Source: Pseudothermotoga sp. (GTDB lineage: Bacteria > Thermotogota > Thermotogae > Thermotogales > DSM-5069). From it: a stretch of 64,000 bases of DNA. The notes below the pieces were generated by a model. It saw only the letters and a program-made list of their open reading frames with translations. It was not told the origin of the DNA and searched no databases. Each line of letters opens with the position of its first letter. Within the stretch, counting starts at the first letter, position 1. The stretch lies in assembly GCA_031962025.1 (NCBI GenBank), contig JAVRKW010000007.1; one strand, given 5' to 3'. A program made the position numbers and the translations under genes. Below are positions 18,534-26,783 of the stretch, in pieces.

Positions 18534-18563
18534 GGTATAATCTCACACATAGGGGGTTGTACT

Positions 18564-19439
18564 CTGGAGTTTTTGAGATTGATCAGGCCAAAGCATTGGG
18601 TGAAAAATCTTTTTGTTGGTGCACCTTTAGTGTTCTCGGGTAAATTTACACAGATGTCGTTCATCTATGCTTCATTTGTGGCATTTATTAGTTTTTGCTT
18701 TCTTTCAAGTGCAATATATATTTTGAATGACATCAAAGATGCGCCGCTTGATAGATTACATCCTGTTAAGAAAAAAAGACCAATAGCAGCAAATCTGATA
18801 AAACCAGGGCAAGCTTTGCTTTTTGCATGTATTCTCATATTGGTTTCATTTGTGCTTGGATTTTTCATAAACTGGCAGGTCTTTGTTTGCCTGTGTGCTT
18901 ATCTACTGCTGAATATCTTTTACACCATGAAGGGTAAGAACATGGTTTTAATCGATGTTTTTTGTATCTCGGCTGGTTTTGCACTCAGAGTGATCGCTGG
19001 TAGTTATGCGGTATCTTCTCTGCCATCTGGCTGGCTCGTTGCAAGCACCTTCTTTCTTGCGCTTTTTCTTGGTTTTGGAAAACGAAGAGGAGAACTCATT
19101 TTCTCACAGAACAACGGTTCTGAGACCAGGGCAATTTTGAAGTACTACGATACACAACTTCTTGGCAACGTTATGATTTCAACAGGTACAGCCGCTATGG
19201 TTATGTACACGCTTTACACACTTGATTTAAGAACAATTGAACAATTCAACACGGACAAATTGTATTACACCATACCTTTTGTTGTGTATGGTATATTCAG
19301 GTACATGTTTTTGCTTTTGAAAAATGGTGAAGGTGAGCCCACAGATGTTCTCTTGAAAGACAAGGGGATGATTCTGTCAGTTCTTCTGTGGTTTTTGACC
19401 GTGATTTTGATCATATACCTTGGAGGAAAAGTTTCATGA
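18564..19439 (+). CDS. UbiA-family polyprenyl-phosphate phosphoribosyltransferase (DPPR synthase-like)
   Basis: RPKHWVKN, NDIKD..LD..HPVKKKRP.A, GKRRGE, YGIFRY; start probably the CTG after SD GGGGG (uncertain). Confidence 0.85.
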   Translation: MEFLRLIRPKHWVKNLFVGAPLVFSGKFTQMSFIYASFVAFISFCFLSSAIYILNDIKDAPLDRLHPVKKKRPIAANLIKPGQALLFACILILVSFVLGFFINWQVFVCLCAYLLLNIFYTMKGKNMVLIDVFCISAGFALRVIAGSYAVSSLPSGWLVASTFFLALFLGFGKRRGELIFSQNNGSETRAILKYYDTQLLGNVMISTGTAAMVMYTLYTLDLRTIEQFNTDKLYYTIPFVVYGIFRYMFLLLKNGEGEPTDVLLKDKGMILSVLLWFLTVILIIYLGGKVS

Positions 19440-19789
19440 GGCAATTTCTCGTATTAACAATCGCGATAGTTACCAATGCACTTGCCAATGTTTTTGTCAA
19501 AATGGGTGCTTCTTCTTTCAGTGAAGAGAAGTTCCCTGAACTTTTTATTCACTATTTGAAGAATATCTATATATGGCTTGGTCTTTTCTGCTTTGGTCTT
19601 GGTTTTGTTTTTTACAGTATGCTCCTGACCAAGGCAAAATTGAGCGTTGCATATCCAATAATGACCAGTGCGGTCTTTGTGATTGTTTCGATTCTTTCAA
19701 GTATTCTCTTCAAAGAGAGTTTTTCTGTGTACAGGATCGCAGGAATAGTGATAATAGCAATTGGTATATGGATGGTTTCAACTCTGTGA
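19436..19789 (+). CDS. SMR/EamA-like 4-TM protein, ArnE/F-type flippase candidate
   Basis: 117 aa; LSVAYP and FKE..S...IAG motifs. Confidence 0.75.
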   Translation: MRQFLVLTIAIVTNALANVFVKMGASSFSEEKFPELFIHYLKNIYIWLGLFCFGLGFVFYSMLLTKAKLSVAYPIMTSAVFVIVSILSSILFKESFSVYRIAGIVIIAIGIWMVSTL

Positions 19790-19798
19790 GGTGATAAC

Positions 19799-20839
19799 TT
19801 GAAAAAATCAAAGGTGGCAGTGCTGAAAACACGGCCTGAGAGCGTTGTTGAGGATTATACAAAACTGATACAGATGGCGGAGATAGAAAAAGCACTCGAT
19901 AAAAACAGTGTAACCATCCTTAAGGACAATATCTCATGGCATCTTCCCATGCCTTCGGCAAATACCACACCATGGCAACTTGAAGGGACCATACAGGCTT
20001 TGAAGAGATTTGGCTTTCAGCAAATTGTAGCAGTCGAGAACAAAACAGTTGTCACTCGACCCAAGCATGGAGAAAAACTCAACAAATTCGATGTTGTTTA
20101 CTCAAAGTACGAAATACCCGTTCTGTACAACTTCGAGGAAAAGGACATGAAATGGATTGACTACAAACCAAAATCAAAGCTGAGGGCACTTGACAAAATA
20201 TTCCCAGAGGGCATCAGATTACCCGATTATTTTTTTGGAAAAAACATTGTCCATCTTCCAACTATGAAGTGCCATATATATACAACGACAACCGGTGCTA
20301 TGAAAAATGCCTTTGGTGGTTTGTTGAACACCAAAAGACATTATGCGCACAGCTGGATACATGAAACGCTCGTCGATTTGCTCAAGATCCAGAAAGAAAT
20401 TCACAGCGGTATTTTTGCCGTCATGGATGGGACCACGGCAGGCAATGGTCCCGGTCCAAGAACGTTGAAACCTGTCAGAACAGATCTGATTCTCGCGAGT
20501 GCTGATCAGGTTGCCATAGACGCTGTCGCGGCAAAAATCATGGGTTTTGATCCGATGCAAATTGATTATATAAGGATGGCTGATGAAGAAGGCTTGGGTA
20601 ACGGGAAGATTGAGAACATAGAAATTGTGGGATATGATATATCAGAACTGAACTACAAATTCACAGTTGGAGACAATCTGGCAAGCAGAGTTGGCGATCT
20701 TCTGTGGTTTGGTCCTTTGAAAAGATTGCAGAAACTGTTTTTCAGAACACCCTTAGTTTACATCTTTGTTCTGGCTTCAGAGATTTACCACGATAAATTC
20801 TGGTGGAATGTGAAGGGCAAAAAAATCTTTGAAAAGTGA
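19799..20839 (+). CDS. DUF362 domain protein
   Basis: LKDN, LPTMKCH..T.TTGAMKN.FG, GNGP, DQVAIDA. Confidence 0.85.
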   Translation: MKKSKVAVLKTRPESVVEDYTKLIQMAEIEKALDKNSVTILKDNISWHLPMPSANTTPWQLEGTIQALKRFGFQQIVAVENKTVVTRPKHGEKLNKFDVVYSKYEIPVLYNFEEKDMKWIDYKPKSKLRALDKIFPEGIRLPDYFFGKNIVHLPTMKCHIYTTTTGAMKNAFGGLLNTKRHYAHSWIHETLVDLLKIQKEIHSGIFAVMDGTTAGNGPGPRTLKPVRTDLILASADQVAIDAVAAKIMGFDPMQIDYIRMADEEGLGNGKIENIEIVGYDISELNYKFTVGDNLASRVGDLLWFGPLKRLQKLFFRTPLVYIFVLASEIYHDKFWWNVKGKKIFEK

Positions 20840-20867
20840 AAGAAACAAGTTCATTTGGAGGGAAGAT

Positions 20868-22122
20868 TGTGGGTAAAATATCGAAGAAAATCATTGTCCT
20901 GGTACTGACCGCTTTTGTGCTTTCTTATTTTGTAACGTCGATTGGATTCTGGCTGGTTGAAAATGTTTTTAGTGTGGCAGGACGTTTCTTTTTTTATTAT
21001 TCGCACAATATATATGTGGAAGGCAAAGGACCTGCTCCAAATCAGTACAGACTCTTGTCATACTGGTTGGTTGAAAAATTATTTAAACACGTACCAGTGC
21101 GCTGGTACTGTAGTCCATATCTCACTGCTAAAAGATGGGCGGGCTTTGATAATAACCCAAATGCCGTACTTGACAATAAGCTGAATCTGGATTCGTACTT
21201 TCCCGAGCAAGATCGAAAGAAGCTTGCGAATGACATTGAAAATTTCCTAAAGGAGAGATTGTTAGAAACCACTGATAACGTAGTGATGACAAACGTTTTG
21301 TTGAATGTTGTAAACAGTCTGGGCTGGAAAGATTGGTTTCAAGATCCTTTCAAATTTGTAAGTGAATTATTTAAACAGCTTCCATACGATGTCACACAAA
21401 TTTTCGACGATAAGAGCGACTTGAACAGAGTCATTTATGGATATGCCACTATGCGTTTCTTCGCTACGGCTTTTGTGCTGTTGCTCTTGTATTCATGGAT
21501 GAGAACCTTTTGCAGTGAATTTATTTCTTATCTTTCCATGTTTGCTTATTCCATATTTTTGGCGTTCAGTTACGGTGATTTTCTACAGCAAGAGTTTCAT
21601 CTTTCACTGTTGCTGTTTATTCTTGGAGTAATGCTCATTTATAAAGAAAAACCGTGGTGGAGTATTTTCTTGCTTGTGGTAATTCAGTCTTTTATGAGAA
21701 CAGATCACGCATTCTTTGTTGCTGTTATCTATGGTCTGTATAGCTTCCCGTGGAATAAGAGCAAGTTGCTCAAAGTCATTTCTGTGTCAGTTTTCCCTAT
21801 TATGATGACCTATCTTCTGGCGAAGGTAATATTCCCGAATGCTGTTTATTACACGCCATTGATCAGGATAAAAGATAACCTTCATGATCCTTGGGCATGG
21901 ATTTACCCAATGATATTTTTTGCGTTACCATTGATTTTCATACAAAAATTGAGAGAAATTGAATTTTACAAAAAGACATGGATCTGGGTAATACCATTCT
22001 TTGCTCTGAATGCAACAGTAGCGCTGACCAGAGAAGTTCGTCTGTTCTTGCCAGTCATGGCATATCTCTTCCCGGTGTTTTGGATCGGGATAAAATCGTT
22101 GTATAATACAAACGAAAAGTAA
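20868..22122 (+). CDS. Polytopic membrane protein, possible GT-C-type glycosyltransferase
   Basis: N-terminal TM, large external loop, about 8 C-terminal TMs, R.D and EVR motifs. Function inferred from context; start at the GTG after GGAGGG or at 20836. Confidence 0.55.
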
Positions 22123-22129
22123 ATAAGAG

Positions 22130-22290
22130 GCGTCAGAGGGTACCAGGAAGGTTTAAAAGGGAAGCCGGTGAAAATCCGGCACGGGGACGCCACCGTAACT
22201 GGGGACGAAACCCACAAAAGCCACTGGCGGAAAGCTGGGAAGGCGTGGGGAGTAGGATGATCCAGGAGTCGGGAGACCTGCCCTTTGATC
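22130..22290 (+). ncRNA. Cobalamin riboswitch
   Basis: AAAAGGGAAGCCGGTGAAAATCCGGCACGG, GCCACCGTAA, GCCACTG..GGGAAGGC and B12 box GAGTCGGGAGACCTGCC; upstream of btuFCD. Confidence 0.95.
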
Positions 22291-22352
22291 GACATCACCA
22301 CTTTCTTCGAAACCAAGAAGGTGGTGAAAAATTTTGCAAAGGAGGTATCCAA

Positions 22353-23252
22353 ATGAGAAGTTTGAGGAACTTTTTAATTGTTTTGATGGTAGCTGTCTCT
22401 GTATTAGCACTTGCCTATCCAATCACCGTTGTTGATGATGCAGGCAGATTGGTCACAATCACATCTCAGCCACACAGAGTAGTCAGTGCGGCACCTTTGG
22501 CGACGAAATTCCTTGAGTACCTTGGTGTTGAAAGCAAAATAGTCGGGGTGACAAAATGGGATGATTTTCAAGCAGAGAAAATAGGAGATATGGTCCCACT
22601 GAACATCGAAAAGATACTGAGCTTGAAACCAGATATCGTTTTTTTGTCTGGAGGGTTTCAACTGCCAGAGGTTTCAAAACTCGATGAGCAGAAGATCACA
22701 ACGATCGTTCTAAATCCCAACACGGTGCAGCAGATAATCAACGATCTTGTGCTGGTTGGTATTGTGTTTGATAAAGCCGATGAAGCAAGAAAATTAGCCG
22801 CTCAACTCAACAATTTCTACATTTCCATAGCCAAGAAGGCATATACAATTCCTCTGGAAAATAGAGTTAAAGTGGTGTATTTACTCGATGTGCCCGGTCC
22901 TGAAATTCGCGATATCTGGACTTGCGGGCAGGGTTCATATTTAAACGACATCATAACACTCGCCGGCGGTGTGAATATAGCAGCCCCATACACCGGAGCA
23001 AATGGGTGGTTAACTGTTTCCATTGAATTTATAGCTGCTCAAAATCCTGATGTAATCATCGTAGCAAATTACGTTCCAGGCGCGGAAGAACAGGTCAAAC
23101 AGAAACTACTACAAAACTCTTTATTCAAAAACATCAACGCAGTCAAGAAAAACAGAATATACGTTTATGATGGAAATCTTTTGTCACTTGCAGTACCACA
23201 GCTAATAAGTTTTGTTGAAAAATTCTACAACGATTTCTATGGAGGTAAATAG
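22353..23252 (+). CDS. btuF: Cobalamin ABC transporter substrate-binding protein
   Basis: Signal peptide, DDAGR.V....P.RVVS, EKILSLKPD; riboswitch upstream. Confidence 0.85.
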   Translation: MRSLRNFLIVLMVAVSVLALAYPITVVDDAGRLVTITSQPHRVVSAAPLATKFLEYLGVESKIVGVTKWDDFQAEKIGDMVPLNIEKILSLKPDIVFLSGGFQLPEVSKLDEQKITTIVLNPNTVQQIINDLVLVGIVFDKADEARKLAAQLNNFYISIAKKAYTIPLENRVKVVYLLDVPGPEIRDIWTCGQGSYLNDIITLAGGVNIAAPYTGANGWLTVSIEFIAAQNPDVIIVANYVPGAEEQVKQKLLQNSLFKNINAVKKNRIYVYDGNLLSLAVPQLISFVEKFYNDFYGGK

Positions 23253-23254
23253 AA

Positions 23255-24241
23255 TTGAAAAAATGGCGCTTTCTTTCGGTGGGTCTTTTGCTAATCAGCA
23301 CGATAATACTCTGCGCAGGCTTTGGAGGAACTAAGATACCATTCACTGAGGTCCTAAAATCTATATTCTTGAGAAAAAGCAACTGGCAGCACATAATCTG
23401 GAATATAAGACTGCCGAGAGTGATTATGTCTGTGATAACCGGTGCTGGTTTAGCCACCGTGGGAAGCGTCTTTCAGGGTCTTTTAAGAAATCCACTTGTT
23501 GATCCATACCTTCTTGGAGTATCATCTGGCGCCTCTTTTGGAGCAGTTCTTTCTCTGCTGCTGGTAGATGTGTTTGGCTTAAATCTGTTGCACAAAATGT
23601 CCATACTGAGTTTTGGTTTTGCAATTTTAGCTGCTTCCATGACCGTAATTCTGGGCAGAAGAAACGGCGTAACGCCGATAACCGAGCTCATACTCAGTGG
23701 TGTACTGGTCAGTATTTTGTTCAACTCTGCCACTATTATGATCATGATGCTTTTGAGGAAAAATATCACACATGCCTACGTATGGCTTTTTGGAACTCTG
23801 TCAGGTATTACGTGGAAAGATTTACCACTGCCTTTACTGAGTGTTGTTGGTTTTGTCATGGTTTCCACAGGCTTGTCACAGCAGCTAAATGCCATATCTC
23901 TTGGTGAGAACCAGGCAAAGATTTCTGGAGTTAACGTTGAGTTCGTAAAGATCCTCATCTATTCAGCAGGAAGCTTTACTACAGCCATGATCGTTTCAGT
24001 CTGTGGAGTGATTGGATTTATCGGGTTGATAACACCGCACATGGCACGCAGGTTGTTCGGACCTGATCACAGAATTTTGATTGTTTCAAGTGCTCTGACA
24101 GGTGGAATATTGCTTTGTATATGTGACACCTTAGCAAGATCTTTAATAAGACCTTCTGAGATACCAATTGGCGTAATAACAGCCTTTGTTGGTGCACCGG
24201 TGATGTTTTTTCTCATGAAAAGAGGTGGTGCCAGTGGCTGA
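23255..24241 (+). CDS. btuC: Cobalamin ABC permease (FecCD family)
   Basis: IRLPR, RNPLVDP..LGVSSGA, IGFIGL..PH. Confidence 0.87.
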   Translation: MKKWRFLSVGLLLISTIILCAGFGGTKIPFTEVLKSIFLRKSNWQHIIWNIRLPRVIMSVITGAGLATVGSVFQGLLRNPLVDPYLLGVSSGASFGAVLSLLLVDVFGLNLLHKMSILSFGFAILAASMTVILGRRNGVTPITELILSGVLVSILFNSATIMIMMLLRKNITHAYVWLFGTLSGITWKDLPLPLLSVVGFVMVSTGLSQQLNAISLGENQAKISGVNVEFVKILIYSAGSFTTAMIVSVCGVIGFIGLITPHMARRLFGPDHRILIVSSALTGGILLCICDTLARSLIRPSEIPIGVITAFVGAPVMFFLMKRGGASG

Positions 24242-25010
24242 AATTGTTCTCAAAGATGTGAGTTTCCGTTACAGTAACAGGAATCAGTTTGCAATAGACA
24301 AAGTCAGTCTGCAAATAAACAAAGGCGATTTTGTGGCATTACTCGGTCCAAATGGATGTGGAAAAACAACACTGCTCAAGATAATAGCCGGGCTTCTACC
24401 AGTCTCAAGTGGATTGGTCAGAATAGGCGGGAAAGATCCGTCTAAGATCAGAAGGAAACAGTTAGCAAAAATGGTCGGATTTGTTACACAGGATTTTGCA
24501 CCGGTTTACAATTACACAGTGAATCAGATCGTTTTGACTGGGAGATTACCTTACTCAAGGGGTTTTTTCTCATCATGGACAAAAGAAGATGTTGAAATTG
24601 TTAAAAACGCACTTGATAAAGTAGGCTGTGCCAAATTCGTTGATAGATTATTTTACAATCTCAGCACAGGTGAACAGAAAAGAGTGGCTATCGCCAGAAT
24701 ACTGGCACAGGATACACCTATTCTGCTCTTAGACGAACCAACTGCACATCTGGACCCCGGTCATGTGGTGAAAATAAAAGATCTTCTGAAAAACCTGCAT
24801 CAGGATGGCAAAATCCTGGTCGCCGCTTTCCACGATATAAATGTGGCTGCTGAATTGTGCAACAGATTAGTTTTAATGAAAGACGGAAAGATAATCTTCT
24901 GTGGCAAACCCGAACAGGTGATTAACACCAGTAATCTTGAAATAATTTATGGTGTCAAGGCTTCGATAATCACAAACCCAGAAACAAAACGTCCTGTAGT
25001 TGTTTATTAG
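24225..25010 (+). CDS. btuD: Cobalamin ABC ATPase
   Basis: GPNGCGKT, LSTGE, LLDEPTAHLD. Confidence 0.87.
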   Translation: MVPVAEIVLKDVSFRYSNRNQFAIDKVSLQINKGDFVALLGPNGCGKTTLLKIIAGLLPVSSGLVRIGGKDPSKIRRKQLAKMVGFVTQDFAPVYNYTVNQIVLTGRLPYSRGFFSSWTKEDVEIVKNALDKVGCAKFVDRLFYNLSTGEQKRVAIARILAQDTPILLLDEPTAHLDPGHVVKIKDLLKNLHQDGKILVAAFHDINVAAELCNRLVLMKDGKIIFCGKPEQVINTSNLEIIYGVKASIITNPETKRPVVVY

Positions 25011-25014
25011 TGAT

Positions 25015-25326
25015 CTATCGGCTAAACATTTCTTGCTGTATTTTCAGAGCTCTCTCCAGATCCATTTGATTCACGAGCTGTAAACGAAGGAGTATCTTTC
25101 CTATGGTTGCTCTTGTGAGCATACGCTTTTGAATGTTAAGTGCTTCGTTTAGTTCATCCTGAGTAATCGCATCTAACTGTACTAAAATTTCACCCAGGCG
25201 CATCGGTGGATAAATTTGTATGACTTTGCCACCACACTTCTGGCAATTCTTGTTTTTCTGGTATTCCAACGGAGCTGCCGAATAAGTTATCTCCCCGCAA
25301 TTGAGACACCTGAATTTGTAAGCCAT
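25015..25326 (-). CDS. Zinc-ribbon + MshEN-like (c-di-GMP binding) small protein
   Basis: CLNCG...CQKCG, then RLGEILVQLDAITQDELNEALNIQ and IGKILLRLQLVNQMDLERALKIQ. Confidence 0.75.
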   Translation of the reverse strand: MAYKFRCLNCGEITYSAAPLEYQKNKNCQKCGGKVIQIYPPMRLGEILVQLDAITQDELNEALNIQKRMLTRATIGKILLRLQLVNQMDLERALKIQQEMFSR

Positions 25327-25381
25327 TTGATCCCCACCTGAGAATTCAGATATTTATACGACATGGCAATTGTGGCATACT

Positions 25382-25425
25382 ATCCTGAAAATCTATTTAA
25401 TAAATCCTGAAAATACATTGAAAAT
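25382..25425. promoter_or_regulatory. Phased direct repeats, candidate SARP/OmpR-type binding boxes
   Basis: TGAAAAT at 25386, 25408 and 25419 (spacing 22 and 11 bp); ATCCTGAAAAT twice. Confidence 0.55.
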
Positions 25426-25432
25426 ATCTTTT

Positions 25433-26410
25433 TTAACGTGCCTTTCTCAAAAACACTTTTATTTCGTCGGTAGAACCATTTAAAATAGCTTTGATTCTCT
25501 GGTAGATGTTCTGGGCGGTTTCTTCGGCAATTCCATTGATCAATACACCAATCTTGTCATCGGAAAGTACCTGAATATGATCGCTTTCACGAATCACCTG
25601 CTTTAGCTGTTGCATTACCTTTTCTTTTTTCGAATGGCACAGTTTGCTTTATATGACAACAATCCATCGATTCTCCAGATCGCCTTTGATTATGCAATCA
25701 TACAACTGGGTCATTTCTTTTGACGGTTTGATTTGAAGTTCCTTGTTTAAAATCTCAGAAAATTTTCTGTACACCTTTACAGCTTCAGAAGGACACCCCT
25801 TCTTCAAGTACACTTTCATGAGCATAAATGCCGCCGTTTCGTTGAATGGATCATTAATCAGCGCTTTTCTAAGTACTTCTATAGAACTTGCAAAATCATT
25901 TTCTTGGATGAATATCTGTGCCAAGTCTATCAGGGCTTGTACATAAAGATCTTTGTAGTATTCTCTAAACTGTATAGTCCAGTCTTCATACAAATTTTCA
26001 ACCATGAAATCACCTTTGTACATTGCCACCGCTTTCTCAAGAAATGATTTTTTGCTGGTAGAATCATTTGTTGATCTGGATAGCTTTATGAGATTTTCAA
26101 ACTCATCTGCATCGCACTGCACTACTCCAGAAGGATCAAAACAATAATTCCCATTCTGGAATGTGATAAGGTCTTTGCCAAGAAAGGCTCTCAGCATATG
26201 AACTGTGCTCTGTAGATTCATCTTTGCGTACTTTTCTTCCATATCCTGCCAGAAAATCTCGCACAGTATCTCGTCTGATATATTTTTACGCCTGAATACA
26301 ACAAAATATCTGAGCAGGTCCCGCGCTTTACGGGATTTGATCTTAGTCAAATCCAATTTTTCGTTTTCATTGTAGATTGAAAAACTGTTGAGAGTTAAAA
26401 TTTTCAACAT
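25433..26410 (-). pseudogene. SARP-family (wHTH-BTAD) regulator with a degenerate GGDEF-like tail, interrupted by an in-frame TAA
   Basis: BTAD motifs (YKGDF...YEDW, DPFNE, L.IKPS). TAA at 25649-25651 is followed in frame by SKLCHSKKEKV-MQQLKQVIRESD..., ending at 25433. Confidence 0.7.
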
Positions 26411-26568
26411 ATCATCACCATGTAATAATTTTATCATAGATCATGGATTTAGATTATTTAATTTGATATAACAAATCCATAGTCTCTGAGATCAACCCAC
26501 TCATTCTATGGTTTTAATATATAATCTGATTGAACAAAAGATTCACTATGACCTGCTATGTCATTGAC

Positions 26569-26598
26569 AATTTTTGTCACGTCAGCGTGACAAAAATT
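26569..26598. promoter_or_regulatory. Perfect 13-bp inverted repeat in a divergent intergenic region
   Basis: AATTTTTGTCACG-TCAG-CGTGACAAAAATT. Confidence 0.55.
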
Positions 26599-26718
26599 TA
26601 TGCTGTAAAGGTACTGAATGTGGATTACTGTCAAAGACAGTTTTCATCTGACATTGAGTTTGTGATTTGCATGTACTTAGATGTTTCGTGTATTATATTT
26701 GTGATACACAAAACAGGG

Positions 26719-26783
26719 AGGAGGAAAGAGCGCATTTTTCCATCTTGTATAAGATGGAGTTGGCTGCGCTGAAAGTTGATGAA
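26719..26783 (+). repeat. Copy 2 of the duplicated structured 5' leader
   Basis: AGGAGG-AAAG-AGCGCA-T5-CCATCTT-GTAT-AAGATGG-AGTTGGC-TGCGCT-GAAAG-TTGATGAA. Confidence 0.85.

Noticed and set aside
20837..20839. TGA as selenocysteine/readthrough in DUF362
   Set aside because: Not at a Cys-type redox position and no SECIS-like hairpin seen downstream.
22245..22352. N-terminal extension of btuF in the ORF track
   Set aside because: It lies inside the riboswitch and its hairpin (22295-22327); the SD and signal peptide support ATG 22353.
25634..25647. Sigma54 -24/-12 promoter (TGGCACAGTTTGC)
   Set aside because: GG-to-GC spacing is 8 rather than 10 nt and it lies within coding sequence.
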